Source: Truepera sp. (lineage in GTDB: Bacteria > Deinococcota > Deinococci > Deinococcales > Trueperaceae). Taken from it: a stretch of 64,000 nt of DNA. Under the pieces are notes generated by a model. That model worked only from the letters and a program-made list of their open reading frames with translations. It made no database searches and was not told the DNA's origin. Positions 32,076 through 41,772 of this stretch are shown here, piece by piece. The stretch's first letter is position 1; every line of letters begins with the position of its first letter. The translations under genes and the position numbers were made by a program. The DNA is taken from contig CBDCKW010000009.1 in assembly GCA_965218435.1 (NCBI GenBank), forward strand, positions 1,248,001 to 1,312,000, given 5' to 3'.

Positions 32076-33168
32076 CGCTGGCCACCCCGTCGGCCAGGTC
32101 ACCGGCCAACTGTGTCAGACGTTCTTGCTGTTCGGCCTCAGAAAGTGCCTCGGTGAGTTCCTCGAGCTTGCCCATCAGCGTATCTGTCAGATTGTGCGTG
32201 GTGTAGCCGATGCGGTGGTCCGTAATCCGCGACTGCGGAAAATTGTAGGTACGGATTTTTTCGCTGCGTTCGCCCGTACCGATCTGGACTAAACGGGCTT
32301 CGCGGGCTTCAGCCGCCGCTTTTTCACGCTCGCGTTCTAACAGCCGTGCTCGCAACACCGTCAGGGCTTTTTCTTTATTTTTAAGCTGTGATTTACCGTC
32401 CTGACACGTGACGATAATCTCATCAGCGGTGCCGGGTTTGTAGGTAATTCGCACCGCCGAGTCAGTGGTGTTGACCGACTGCCCGCCGGGACCCGACGAG
32501 CGGTAGACGTCTACGCGGTAATCCGCGGGGGAGAGGTGCAGGTCCACGTCTTCGGCCTCGGGCAAGACGGCCACCGTAATCGTGCTCGTGTGGATACGGC
32601 CTTGCGTTTCGGTCGCGGGTACGCGCTGGACTCTATGCACGCCCGATTCGAACTTGAATTTGCTGTACGCGCCGCGTCCGGTAATTTCAAAGCTCACCTT
32701 CGAGAGTCCGCCGACGCTGCTCGGATAGGTGTCTAACACCTCGGTCTTAAAGCCTAGTTCGCCTGCGTAACGGCCGTACATCTCAAAGACTTCAGCGGCA
32801 AACAAAGAGGCTTCGTCGCCCCCGGCAGCGGCCCGAATCTCGACGATGACGTTTTTGTCGTCAAACGGGTCTTTGGGCAAGAGCAGGGCCTCGAGCCGCG
32901 ACTCTTGCGCCGCTTTTTGGGGCTCCAACTCAGCCAACTCTTCTCTGGCCATCTCTTCTAGTTCAGAGTCGGCCAGGGCGTCGCGGGCATTCTCGATGCT
33001 GCTCAAGATATCCCGGTAAGTTTGGAAGGCGCGGACGACGGCCTGCAGCTCGCTGTAACGCTGCATCGTCTCGCGGTAACGGGTCTGGTCACTTAGGAGT
33101 TCGGGGTCTCCCAAAGACGCCTCGAGTACCTCGTACTCACGGTTTAGGGTTTGCAGCTTCTCGATCAT
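32062..33168 (-). CDS. prfA: Peptide chain release factor 1
   Basis: RF1 PAT motif (QRVPATETQGRIHTS) and GGQ. Start at ATG 33168, 7 nt after TAGACT. Confidence 0.98.
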   Translation of the reverse strand: MIEKLQTLNREYEVLEASLGDPELLSDQTRYRETMQRYSELQAVVRAFQTYRDILSSIENARDALADSELEEMAREELAELEPQKAAQESRLEALLLPKDPFDDKNVIVEIRAAAGGDEASLFAAEVFEMYGRYAGELGFKTEVLDTYPSSVGGLSKVSFEITGRGAYSKFKFESGVHRVQRVPATETQGRIHTSTITVAVLPEAEDVDLHLSPADYRVDVYRSSGPGGQSVNTTDSAVRITYKPGTADEIIVTCQDGKSQLKNKEKALTVLRARLLEREREKAAAEAREARLVQIGTGERSEKIRTYNFPQSRITDHRIGYTTHNLTDTLMGKLEELTEALSEAEQQERLTQLAGDLADGVASGGAA

Positions 33169-33247
33169 TACAACTAGTCTACTCTTTAAGGGCCGCTTTA
33201 CGTTGTCCGGTGTCGTCGGTAAGACTTCAGGGTACAGGAGGTACGGC

Positions 33248-34420
33248 TTAGGGATAAGGCAAAAAACGTCCGCCGCGCCACGCTCCAAAAACCAGTGAGT
33301 CAGGCAGGAGTCCCGTAGTGCGGTCGGCCACAAGGTCATCCGAAACGCCGAAGAAATTATAGATACCCCCGGCCCCCACCACCGGCCCCAAGCCGCCGAG
33401 TGCGCCCAAAAGTGCTTCTCGCACCGCCGCTGTATTGTCCGGATCATTACCGGCGTCGGTATAGGTCAATACCTGCTCGGCGGCGGCCCCTAAAAGCTGG
33501 GCGGCGTCCCACGCGGCGGCGGCGGTCGTCACCTGTTCTACGTCCGAATCCGAAATCACGCCGCTCAGCGCCCGCCGAAAGCTCGAGACACTGCCCTTTG
33601 AAGGATGCGTGTCGGGCAGCCGGTAGCCTAAGACTGCCGGACTGAGGATGCTCACCGCGCCGGTCAGCTCCGCGCGGCTTAAGGCGTCAAGTTCGCCCCA
33701 GACCTCCGCGCGGACGACCCGGACGCCCGTGTACCCGCGTGCGCTCAGTGCTTCAGCTGCCTGGACGGTTCCTCCGGCATTGTCCCAAATGATGATCGTT
33801 TGCGGCTCTAGCGTCGCCGCTAAAAGCGCCTCGGGCGTCAGTGGCGTCTGCCCGACCGGGTACCGGACGACGCCGAGACTCACCTCTCGCAGTGCAAGGC
33901 TCGCTCGGTCGCCGAGTTTATCGGCTGGGACCAGCAGCGCGAGGGGCCACCCCGGAGGGCTCAGGGCAAGCTTTGTCAAGACCTGCGCGTCGTCCGCGGC
34001 GAGTGACATCAGTGGCCACCGGGCGCTGTCGTCGGCGCTGTCAACCGGTGCGAGGCTCAGCACCGGCAGACCGGCGGCTGTAGCGACCGGTGCGAGTTGC
34101 GCGGCGACCTGCGCTGTCTCGCAGCATACGAGCGCGTGAACCCCTGCGCTAACCAGCTTTTTTGCCTGAGCAGCCGCGTAAACGGCGTTGCTTTGGCTGT
34201 CTAGCACTGTGATATCAAGGTCAATGCCGCGACCGAGCAACGTCTCAGCCGCAGCTCTGAGCGCCGACGCTGCAACCTGCCCGGTGCCCGCCGAGCTGCC
34301 GCTGAGAGGGAGCACTGCGCCCAGCTTAAACGTCGGGGTTGGTGTAGCGGTAGAAGTTTGGGCGCTCGAGATGGGCCAAAAACCTAGAGACAAGATAGCC
34401 AAGGCTAAAAGAAAACGCAT
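33248..34420 (-). CDS. Type 1 periplasmic-binding-fold (LIV-like) substrate-binding protein
   Basis: Signal peptide, KLGAVLPLSGSSA..G, DSQSN and AWDAA.L; no transporter genes adjacent. Confidence 0.8.
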   Translation of the reverse strand: MRFLLALAILSLGFWPISSAQTSTATPTPTFKLGAVLPLSGSSAGTGQVAASALRAAAETLLGRGIDLDITVLDSQSNAVYAAAQAKKLVSAGVHALVCCETAQVAAQLAPVATAAGLPVLSLAPVDSADDSARWPLMSLAADDAQVLTKLALSPPGWPLALLVPADKLGDRASLALREVSLGVVRYPVGQTPLTPEALLAATLEPQTIIIWDNAGGTVQAAEALSARGYTGVRVVRAEVWGELDALSRAELTGAVSILSPAVLGYRLPDTHPSKGSVSSFRRALSGVISDSDVEQVTTAAAAWDAAQLLGAAAEQVLTYTDAGNDPDNTAAVREALLGALGGLGPVVGAGGIYNFFGVSDDLVADRTTGLLPDSLVFGAWRGGRFLPYP

Positions 34421-34692
34421 ATGCTCTACTATTTCACGCATCACGGTTTTGGGGGCGTAAAACAGTCCCTGCGGCCCGAACAGGTGCAGCTAAAAGTGGG
34501 TTGTGCCAAAAGACGGCGCAGCGTGAGGTGAGCAGGTGCAAGAAGACGCGCAACCCTCTAGCTACGCTACTTGGTGGGGTCTTGCGCACTTCTTATGCGG
34601 CGCGGCCCAAGACTCAACAGTCGTTTGCGGTAGACTGCGCTGCGCCGTTAACCCAGTACCTGCCAACCTGAGGGTCGTGCTAAACTGACGCT

Positions 34693-35022
34693 GTGAAGCT
34701 TATCGTAACCATCGTTCAAGATGCGGACGCGGCCAAACTGCAAAACGCGCTGAGTGGGCGCGGCTTGCGTTCGACCAAACTCGCCTCGAGCGGCGGCTTT
34801 TTACGCGAAGGTAACACCACCCTAATCGTCGGTGTTGAAGACCATGAGGTCACCAAAACGAAGGCGATTATTCACGACGTCTGTCGGGAGCGCAGCAAGA
34901 TGCTCCGTCCGCTACCTCATATGAGCGAGATGGGGCCGGTGATGCCCAACGAACCTATCGAGGTGACCGTCGGCGGCGCAACCGTGTTTGTCTTAAGCGT
35001 TGAAGAGTTTGCTAAACTTTAG
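34693..35022 (+). CDS. darA: Cyclic di-AMP receptor DarA/PstA (PII-like)
   Basis: MKLIVTIVQD.DA, TKLASSGGFLREGNTT and VGGATVFVL.VE.F motifs. Confidence 0.93.
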   Translation: MKLIVTIVQDADAAKLQNALSGRGLRSTKLASSGGFLREGNTTLIVGVEDHEVTKTKAIIHDVCRERSKMLRPLPHMSEMGPVMPNEPIEVTVGGATVFVLSVEEFAKL

Positions 35023-35518
35023 TCTTGCAAACGTCTTCTGGGCGCAGGATACGGATTAGACACAACGTAAGACAGAACGAGCTTCGTCTAAAAAGCAACG
35101 TTTGAGTTAATTTCCAAGCTGTGTCAGCTTTTGCTTTTGCCGTTATATTAATTGCTACCACGATATAAGCGTGTGAGAAACGCCGCTTCCTTAATAAGTC
35201 TCGACTTTTTACAGAGCCTGCTAGCAACGTTCTGACTGATCCCGGCAAGTCAACAGAACCCGGACTTTTACACCGTTGTACTTTATGCTCAAAAATTCAG
35301 CGTGGTAAACAGTTTGCTGCTGTATAGTATAAATGTTGTAAACAACTGTAGCAGGATCAACCGGCTGCTTCCGCTCTCGGTTACGAAGGAGTCTTCCCAG
35401 CGGGTATTTTCTCGAGCTGACGCGTCAGCTTCCGGTTTCGTGCTCTAGCTGTTGGCCACCCGTTTTGGCAGCAAACGGTGTTCTTTTGAGGGCGACCTCA
35501 AGTTGTCTATGGAGGCTG

Positions 35519-35704
35519 ATGATGACTAGAACGCAGCAGATTGACCACCTTCTAACTCGTGACCTGACCTTAAAACAGCTTATCGCACTTTCACGTACGG
35601 TCAAAGAGACGAACACTATCTCGACGACGCAGCAGACCAAAATCTTGCAAAACATCTCTAAACGCATCTGGCAACGTTCAGTATGCGAGTACGACGGTTA
35701 CTAG
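35519..35704 (+). CDS. Small hypothetical protein (about 60 aa)
   Basis: GGAGG immediately before ATGATG; helical-looking MTRTQQIDHLLTRDLTLKQLIALS... Confidence 0.55.
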   Translation: MMTRTQQIDHLLTRDLTLKQLIALSRTVKETNTISTTQQTKILQNISKRIWQRSVCEYDGY

Positions 35705-35777
35705 CTGCAGATACCAACCCCCAGCGCGGCGTAACACCTCTCACACCGTTTGGGTGAGCAGCGGCTAAACTTTCTCT

Positions 35778-36095
35778 ATGAAGGTTTGGCCCTCTTTCGT
35801 TTCAGCACTGTTGTTGGCACTGCTAGCCGCGTGTTGTCCTGCGCCGCTACTGGACCAACCGACGGCGTTTCGGGGCGTGGTGGTTGGCGTCTCACCCAAG
35901 GTCTCTGCCTTACACCTCGAGCAAGCTCCCGGCACCCCCCTGTTGACCCTTACGGTCCCGCGAAACAGCGTGCATACAAGTACTGGTCAGGCGCTGCCCC
36001 TCGCTGCGCTTAAAGAAGGCGATACGGTTTACGTTCGGGGGAATCTGCGTAACGGCGAACTACGTGCGTCTGAGGTGCAGCGGCTCGAGGATTAA
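35778..36095 (+). CDS. Small lipoprotein with OB-fold-like (DUF5666-type) pattern
   Basis: Lipobox LAAC, FRGVV and LKEGDTVYVRG...ASEV; TAAACT-N6-ATG. Confidence 0.75.
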   Translation: MKVWPSFVSALLLALLAACCPAPLLDQPTAFRGVVVGVSPKVSALHLEQAPGTPLLTLTVPRNSVHTSTGQALPLAALKEGDTVYVRGNLRNGELRASEVQRLED

Positions 36096-36247
36096 ACGGA
36101 CCCGTTTTAGCAACCGCCTGCATCTTTCGCCTATACTTTTCGCTGGTATCTTTCTAAAACCGTGCATTTTTAGCGATGGTAGGCTGCCTTCCTGTAGAGA
36201 CCGCTTCAACCCTGACATAGTTCGGTACGGGGGAAAGGGAGGCAGAG

Positions 36248-37156
36248 ATGAAGTATTTGGGAAAACTAGGTTTGTGGACGGTACTCGCCGGTTTGGTCTT
36301 GAGTGTGGCCGCAGCGCAGAGCAACAGCGGCATGATGAGCGGCGGCGCTACCTCGGCAGGTCGTTACGTCCAAAACGGCGACGCTCGCATCTACTACGAG
36401 GTTCACGGCGAGGGCGAGCCGCTGGTTTTAGTTCACGGCTACCCGCTTAACAGCGGGTTGTTCCGCGACAATATCGGGCCGCTTTCTGAGCAGTACCAGG
36501 TCATCACACCCGATTTACGGGGCTACGGCCGCAGCGAGACACCTGACGATCAGGGATCGGTAGCGACTTACGCCTCGGACGTTTTTGCAGTCATGGACGC
36601 CGTGGGCGCTGATCAGGCGATTATCGGCGGGATGTCTATGGGTGGACCGACTGTGCTCGAGATGTACCGCGAAGCCCCGGAGCGTTTTCGCGCCATGATC
36701 TTAAATGACACCATTGCCGCGAAGTCGAGCCCCGCAGAGGCCGGCCTCTGGCAGGGCGTGGGCAAACAGGTACAAACGCTGGGTGTTCCGTCGCTCGTGG
36801 ATTTCTTGATGCCCGACATGCTCACTGCTGAAACCCGGATGAACCGTCCCGAGTTGGTGACCTACCTCGGCAGCCTGATCAAAGAGGCGTCACAAAATGC
36901 GGCGGTTGCAGGTGCGAGTGCGCTCGAGACGCGCCCCGACTCAGCGGCGACAGCTTCAGCTATCACGGTGCCTACCCTGATTCTGACGGGTTTAGACGAT
37001 ACGCTCTATCCTTATGAGGTCGCCCAGTCACTGCATAAAGGCATTTTGAACTCCGAACTCGTGCTTCTACCCGGCGCAGCGCACGCCGCGATTCTCGAAG
37101 CGGCGGACGAAGCCAACGCAGCAATCCTCGAGTGGGCTGGAAATTTGCCTGAATAG
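36248..37156 (+). CDS. Exported alpha/beta hydrolase
   Basis: Signal peptide, LVLVHGYP, PDLRGYGRS, GMSMGG and GAAH motifs. Confidence 0.92.
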   Translation: MKYLGKLGLWTVLAGLVLSVAAAQSNSGMMSGGATSAGRYVQNGDARIYYEVHGEGEPLVLVHGYPLNSGLFRDNIGPLSEQYQVITPDLRGYGRSETPDDQGSVATYASDVFAVMDAVGADQAIIGGMSMGGPTVLEMYREAPERFRAMILNDTIAAKSSPAEAGLWQGVGKQVQTLGVPSLVDFLMPDMLTAETRMNRPELVTYLGSLIKEASQNAAVAGASALETRPDSAATASAITVPTLILTGLDDTLYPYEVAQSLHKGILNSELVLLPGAAHAAILEAADEANAAILEWAGNLPE

Positions 37157-37177
37157 GCTGCTTCCGTCTCATTTTTA

Positions 37178-37209
37178 GGGGCAAGCAGCCTAACTGCTTG
37201 CCCTTTTTT
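37178..37209 (+). terminator. Rho-independent terminator with overlapping alternative stem
   Basis: GGGCAAGCAG-cctaa-CTGCTTGCCC followed by TTTTTT. Confidence 0.85.
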
Positions 37210-37313
37210 GTTCTTTTGTTGACGATTCAGTGTGCAAGCAAGAACACGAGTTTGTAGGCACTTCAACAGAGTTTTTAGTTGTGGAACCCGAAGATAATTT
37301 TGGGAGGCAGTAT

Positions 37314-38459
37314 ATGAGAGCACTGGTTTACAACGGCCCGAAAGATGTTTCGGTAATGGATGTTCCTGACGCGCAGATCGAAGCTCCAACCGATGTTTTG
37401 GTGAAGATCACTACGACCAATATCTGCGGTTCTGACCTACATATGTACGAAGGTCGTACCAGCGTCGAACACGGTAAGGTCTTGGGTCACGAGAATCTAG
37501 GTCAAGTTGTCGAGGTCGGTCCGGCAGTAGTTCGGGTCAAAGTCGGCGATTACGTCTGTTTGCCGTTTAATATCGCTTGTGGGTTTTGTAAAAACTGTGA
37601 AAAAGGGTTGACCGGCTTTTGCTTAACGGTCAACCCGGGGTTCGCTGGCGGCGCTTACGGCTACGCCGACATGGGACCTTACAAAGGTGGTCAAGCCGAG
37701 TACCTGCGGGTACCGTTCGCGGACTTTAACTGTTTAATCCTTCCCGAAGATGCCCAGGAAAAAGAAAACGACTATGCGATGTTGGCCGACATCTGGCCGA
37801 CGGGCTATCACGCCACTGAACTTGCGGGCGTTAAACCGGGTGAGTCGGTAGTCGTTTACGGCTCAGGACCCGTGGGGCTGATGGCCGCATATTCAGCCAA
37901 CCTCAAGGGTGCCAGTCAAGTTATGGTCGTTGACCAACATCCCGACCGCCTAAGGCTCGCCGAGCAGATCGGCGCAATTCCGGTAGATTACAGTCAAGGC
38001 GACCCGGTTGAGCAGATTATGGACCTGACTGACGGTGAAGGCGCGGACCGTGGTTGCGAATGCGTCGGCTGGCAGTGTCACGACCCACAAGGTCACGAGG
38101 TCCCGAATATGACGATGAATAACCTCGTCAAGTCGGTACGTGCGACCGGCTCTTTCGGCGTCATCGGTTTGTTTGAGCCCGAAGACCCGAAACCAGTCAA
38201 TGACCTGACGGCTCACGGACAGATCGCCTTCGACATGGGTTTGTTTTTTACCAAAGGGCAGCGTATGGGTACGGGGCAGGCCAACGTCAAAGCGTACAAC
38301 CGCGAACTGATGGAGCTGATCCATAAGGGTAAGGCAAATCCGGCTTTTATAGTGTCGCAAGAACTGTCTTTAGAGGCTGCACCCGACGCTTACAAGCACT
38401 TTGACAACCGTGACGAGGGTTGGACGAAGGTCGTCCTCAAACCGGGGATGGGCAATTAG
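37314..38459 (+). CDS. Glutathione-independent formaldehyde dehydrogenase-like Zn-MDR enzyme
   Basis: ICGSDLHMYEGR, GHE, FNIACGFCKNC..G.TGFC, GGQAEYLRVPFADFN and ECVGWQ. Start at ATG 37314 behind GGAGG. Confidence 0.92.
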   Translation: MRALVYNGPKDVSVMDVPDAQIEAPTDVLVKITTTNICGSDLHMYEGRTSVEHGKVLGHENLGQVVEVGPAVVRVKVGDYVCLPFNIACGFCKNCEKGLTGFCLTVNPGFAGGAYGYADMGPYKGGQAEYLRVPFADFNCLILPEDAQEKENDYAMLADIWPTGYHATELAGVKPGESVVVYGSGPVGLMAAYSANLKGASQVMVVDQHPDRLRLAEQIGAIPVDYSQGDPVEQIMDLTDGEGADRGCECVGWQCHDPQGHEVPNMTMNNLVKSVRATGSFGVIGLFEPEDPKPVNDLTAHGQIAFDMGLFFTKGQRMGTGQANVKAYNRELMELIHKGKANPAFIVSQELSLEAAPDAYKHFDNRDEGWTKVVLKPGMGN

Positions 38460-38544
38460 CCGTGCTGCGCGGGCAGTCTTAGACGCGTTCAGGACGTTTC
38501 AGCTATTTACGGCGCTGTGAGTCACTAAACTAAAGGAGAGTCAA

Positions 38545-38775
38545 ATGGATACTGAGCAGATCAAAGAGCACATGGAAGTCGTCGGGTCAGACGGCGAGCA
38601 CGTCGGTATTGTGGATAAGCTCGAGGGTAAACGCCTTAAGCTGACCCACCACGACTCACAAGCTGAGGGTAAGCACCACTTTTTACCGGTGTCGGCCGTA
38701 GCCAGCGTGGACGAGTTCGTCACGCTTTCTATGACTGCTGAGGAAGCTGAGGCGCAGTGGGAGGAAGAGCAGTAG
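38545..38775 (+). CDS. DUF2171 (PRC-barrel-like) protein
   Basis: IKEHMEVVGSDG.HVG.VD...G..LKLT..D....G.HH.LP...V..V signature. Confidence 0.9.
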   Translation: MDTEQIKEHMEVVGSDGEHVGIVDKLEGKRLKLTHHDSQAEGKHHFLPVSAVASVDEFVTLSMTAEEAEAQWEEEQ

Positions 38776-38901
38776 CTCCCGGAACCTCCGCGTCAAAGTA
38801 ACCTCCGCCTACCCCTTGACGGACGGGCCAACTCGCCCCGGCTGCCAGGGGGTATCTAGCTGGACACGATTTCATTTGGATACTACAGGAGTTAAGGTAA
38901 G

Positions 38902-40083
38902 ATGCAAAAGCAAGCAATACGTACCCCACTAGAGTTACTCGGTCTCTTGGGTGGGCTGCTGGTTTCATGTGCCCCGGCAGCTAGTTCGGCGGCGGTGACG
39001 TTGCCCCAAACGCAGACGACGGGGGAGCTCGAGCAAGTCGCCACCTTTAACGGCCCCATGCCGACCGGGGTCACCGTCTCGCAAACCGGGCGCATTTTCG
39101 TCAACTTTCCGCGTTGGGGCGACCCGGTAGCGGCCACCGTCGCCGAACTCGTAGACGGACAAGCTGTCCCTTATCCCAGCGCAGAGGTCACGGCGCTCGA
39201 CTTAGCGAACGCCGCTGAGACGTTTGTCTCGGTGCAGTCTGTCGTGGTTGACCCGGACGACCGCCTCTGGGTGTTGGATACGGGCAGCATCAACTTTGCC
39301 CCGGTGGTTGAGGGTGGGCCGAAGCTGGTCGGGATTGACCTGAGCACGAACAAGATTTTTAAGACGATCCGTTTTTCAGGTGATGTCGTGTTGCCTACAA
39401 CTTACCTGAACGATGTACGTTTCGACCTGCGCCGGGGCGAGGGCGGGGTTGCCTATATCACCGATTCGTCGGGTACCGGACCCAACGGAATTATCGTCGT
39501 TGACTTGGCCTCCGGCACCAGCCGCCGTTTACTTAACAACCATCCATCAACTCAAGCTCAGAAAAACTTTTTACCGTTTGTCGAAGGTCGCCCTCTGATG
39601 GAGCGCGTCCCTAACGAGTCACCGAAGTATCTGGCGCTTGGCTCGGACGGTATTGCTATAAGCAGTGACGGCAGCCGCCTCTACTACTGCCCGCTGGCCA
39701 GCCGCAGGCTCTACAGCGTAGCTACGGGCGCACTGCTCGACACGAGTCTGAGCGCCGCTCAAGTTGCTGAGACCGTCAGAGACGAAGGCATGAAACCCGC
39801 TTCGGACGGGCTCGAGTCAGACGCTGAGGGACGCGTATACGCAACCGCATATGAGCAAAATGCGGTCACACGGCTGAAACAAAACGGTCTTTATGAAACC
39901 GTCGTGTCCAACCCGCGTATTTTGTGGCCCGATACGTTGTCGCTCGCAGGTGACGGCTACCTCTACTTCACCGCCAATCAGCTTCACCGGCAGGCGAGCT
40001 ACCATAACGGTCAGGACCTGCGCGTCAAACCCTACAGCTTGTTCCGCGTCAAAGTTGACGCTGCGCCGGTACGGTTGCGTTAA
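38902..40083 (+). CDS. Major royal jelly/yellow (L-dopachrome tautomerase-related) beta-propeller lipoprotein
   Basis: Lipobox LVSC; MPTGVTVS..GRIFVNFPRWG, SVQSVVVD, LWVLDTG, YLNDVRFD, WPDTL and NQLHRQ motifs. Confidence 0.92.
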   Translation: MQKQAIRTPLELLGLLGGLLVSCAPAASSAAVTLPQTQTTGELEQVATFNGPMPTGVTVSQTGRIFVNFPRWGDPVAATVAELVDGQAVPYPSAEVTALDLANAAETFVSVQSVVVDPDDRLWVLDTGSINFAPVVEGGPKLVGIDLSTNKIFKTIRFSGDVVLPTTYLNDVRFDLRRGEGGVAYITDSSGTGPNGIIVVDLASGTSRRLLNNHPSTQAQKNFLPFVEGRPLMERVPNESPKYLALGSDGIAISSDGSRLYYCPLASRRLYSVATGALLDTSLSAAQVAETVRDEGMKPASDGLESDAEGRVYATAYEQNAVTRLKQNGLYETVVSNPRILWPDTLSLAGDGYLYFTANQLHRQASYHNGQDLRVKPYSLFRVKVDAAPVRLR

Positions 40084-40089
40084 GTTACG

Positions 40090-40800
40090 TTAGACGATAC
40101 GGCCCCACGGCTCCGGTACAGCGAAGGGCTCGAGCCCCACGTCAGCGTAAAGTGCGTCGGGCAGGTCTAAACCGGTCAGATAAAGCTCGCCGACGTGACC
40201 TCCCGGCGCGGTTCCCGGTTTGGGCAGAGCAAGGGCTAACGTCGCGGTCGCCTGAACCACGTCACCGGGGACGCTGCCGTCATCGGCGTCGAGCCCGGTC
40301 GGAACGTCGAGCGACACCACGGTTGCGCCCAGGTTGTTTAAGACCGTGATCACGTCGAGGGTACGGCCCCGCGGCGGTCCCTCGAGCCCTGTCCCCACCG
40401 CCGCGTCAATCACGCAGCTGAACTTCATCTTAGGTAAGCCGCTCTTTACCCGCACGTTGCTATGTGCAGCGAGTTTCTCGAGCTGTTCTTTGGGGACGCC
40501 CGAGTAGTTTTCGGCCTCGTGTGTCGGGACGACCCAAACCCGGCGGCCCTGTTCGGCCAAGTAGCACGCGGCTGAAATCCCCGCGCCACCGTTGTGGCCC
40601 CGGCCGACGACGACCAGCACCGGACCCTCGGGGGCATAGTGCGCGGCGAGCGCGGCGAGGCTCGAGCCCGCCCGGTCCATTAGGTCAATCATCCGAAACC
40701 CGTAACGGCCGGTTGCTAAGACGGTCAGCTGCCGCAGCTGTGCGCAGCTCATCTTGGGGACGTCGGCCCAGGCGAGGGTCGGTATGTCTACCCCTAGCAT
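40090..40800 (-). CDS. Stand-alone YjeF_N / NAD(P)H-hydrate epimerase-like protein
   Basis: LMDRAG, G.GHNGGAG, IDAAVGTG, SLDVPTG and ATLALALPK motifs. Confidence 0.85.
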   Translation of the reverse strand: MLGVDIPTLAWADVPKMSCAQLRQLTVLATGRYGFRMIDLMDRAGSSLAALAAHYAPEGPVLVVVGRGHNGGAGISAACYLAEQGRRVWVVPTHEAENYSGVPKEQLEKLAAHSNVRVKSGLPKMKFSCVIDAAVGTGLEGPPRGRTLDVITVLNNLGATVVSLDVPTGLDADDGSVPGDVVQATATLALALPKPGTAPGGHVGELYLTGLDLPDALYADVGLEPFAVPEPWGRIV

Positions 40801-41525
40801 CAAGCCGCGCCCTGTAACGCAGGTAAGTTCGCGGTGGTGTAGACGCTCTGCACGTCGTCTAGGTCTTCAAGCGCCTCGATCAGCCGCACCAATTTGTCGG
40901 CGTCGTCCGCGCTCAGCTCGGTTTCAGTTTGCGCAACTTTCGTTAGCTGCGCCACTTCAGCCTCGAGCCCCTGCGCTTGCAACCCTTCGAGTACCGTATA
41001 CAGCTCGGTCGGGCCGGTGTAGATGGTGAGCTGTTCGTCCGCCTCGAGGTCGTCCGCGCCGAGTTCGATCGCAAGTTCTTGGGTCGCTTCAGAGATGTCA
41101 TCTAAAACAATCACGCCACGGCTTTCAAACTGCCACGCCGTCGAACCCGACATATTACCGCCGTGTTTGCTGAACACGTGCCGCACTTCGGCCACAGTGC
41201 GGTTGCGGTTGTCGGTCAACGCCTCAACGAGGAGCGCGACGCCCGCCGGTCCGTAGCCTTCGTAAGCTACTTCGTCGAAATTGTTGCCTTCACCGCCGCC
41301 GAGCGCCCGCTCGATGGCGCGGTCAATGTTGTCTTGCGGTACATCGTCGCTTTTGGCGGCAGCGAGCGCGTTTTTGAGCGGCAAGTTAGCTGAGGGGTCG
41401 CCGCTGCCCCCTTCACGGACGGCGGCCTGTACCGCGCGAATATGTTTACTGATAGCTTTGCCGCGCTGATTGTCGTTCACGGCCTTTTTGCGTTTGATCT
41501 GTGACCACTTGCTGTGACCTGCCAT
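40800..41525 (-). CDS. yebC: YebC/PmpR (TACO1)-family protein
   Basis: [29 protein letters not shown] and LEDLDDVQ motifs. Confidence 0.97.
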   Translation of the reverse strand: MAGHSKWSQIKRKKAVNDNQRGKAISKHIRAVQAAVREGGSGDPSANLPLKNALAAAKSDDVPQDNIDRAIERALGGGEGNNFDEVAYEGYGPAGVALLVEALTDNRNRTVAEVRHVFSKHGGNMSGSTAWQFESRGVIVLDDISEATQELAIELGADDLEADEQLTIYTGPTELYTVLEGLQAQGLEAEVAQLTKVAQTETELSADDADKLVRLIEALEDLDDVQSVYTTANLPALQGAA

Positions 41526-41772
41526 AACCCTGACTCCTCCGATTTGCGCTTTTAACCTACGCTTATATAGACGAGTATAAAGCTTAAGGCCGGATTTGAG
41601 TCAGGTCTGGGTTGGAGTCTGAGGGTTTGGGCTCAGTTGGGGGCGTTTGAAGCGTGCTGAGTAAGAGAAGTGAGACTTTAGAGTGCAGCCTAAAGAAGTC
41701 TATAGCTCGAGCAGGGAGTCTCTTACGCGCTTAGGTTGATCGTAGCTAAAGCAAAGGCAAGCTCAACCTAAC

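Noticed and set aside
33169..33447. 93-aa N-terminal extension of RF1 in the ORF track
   Set aside because: It overlaps the upstream gene in another frame; homology and the -10 motif point to ATG 33168.
35030..35518. c-di-AMP (ydaO) riboswitch near darA
   Set aside because: Conserved ydaO segments (GCTGAATCC, GGAACC, CAGCTAACTCCG) are not seen on either strand.
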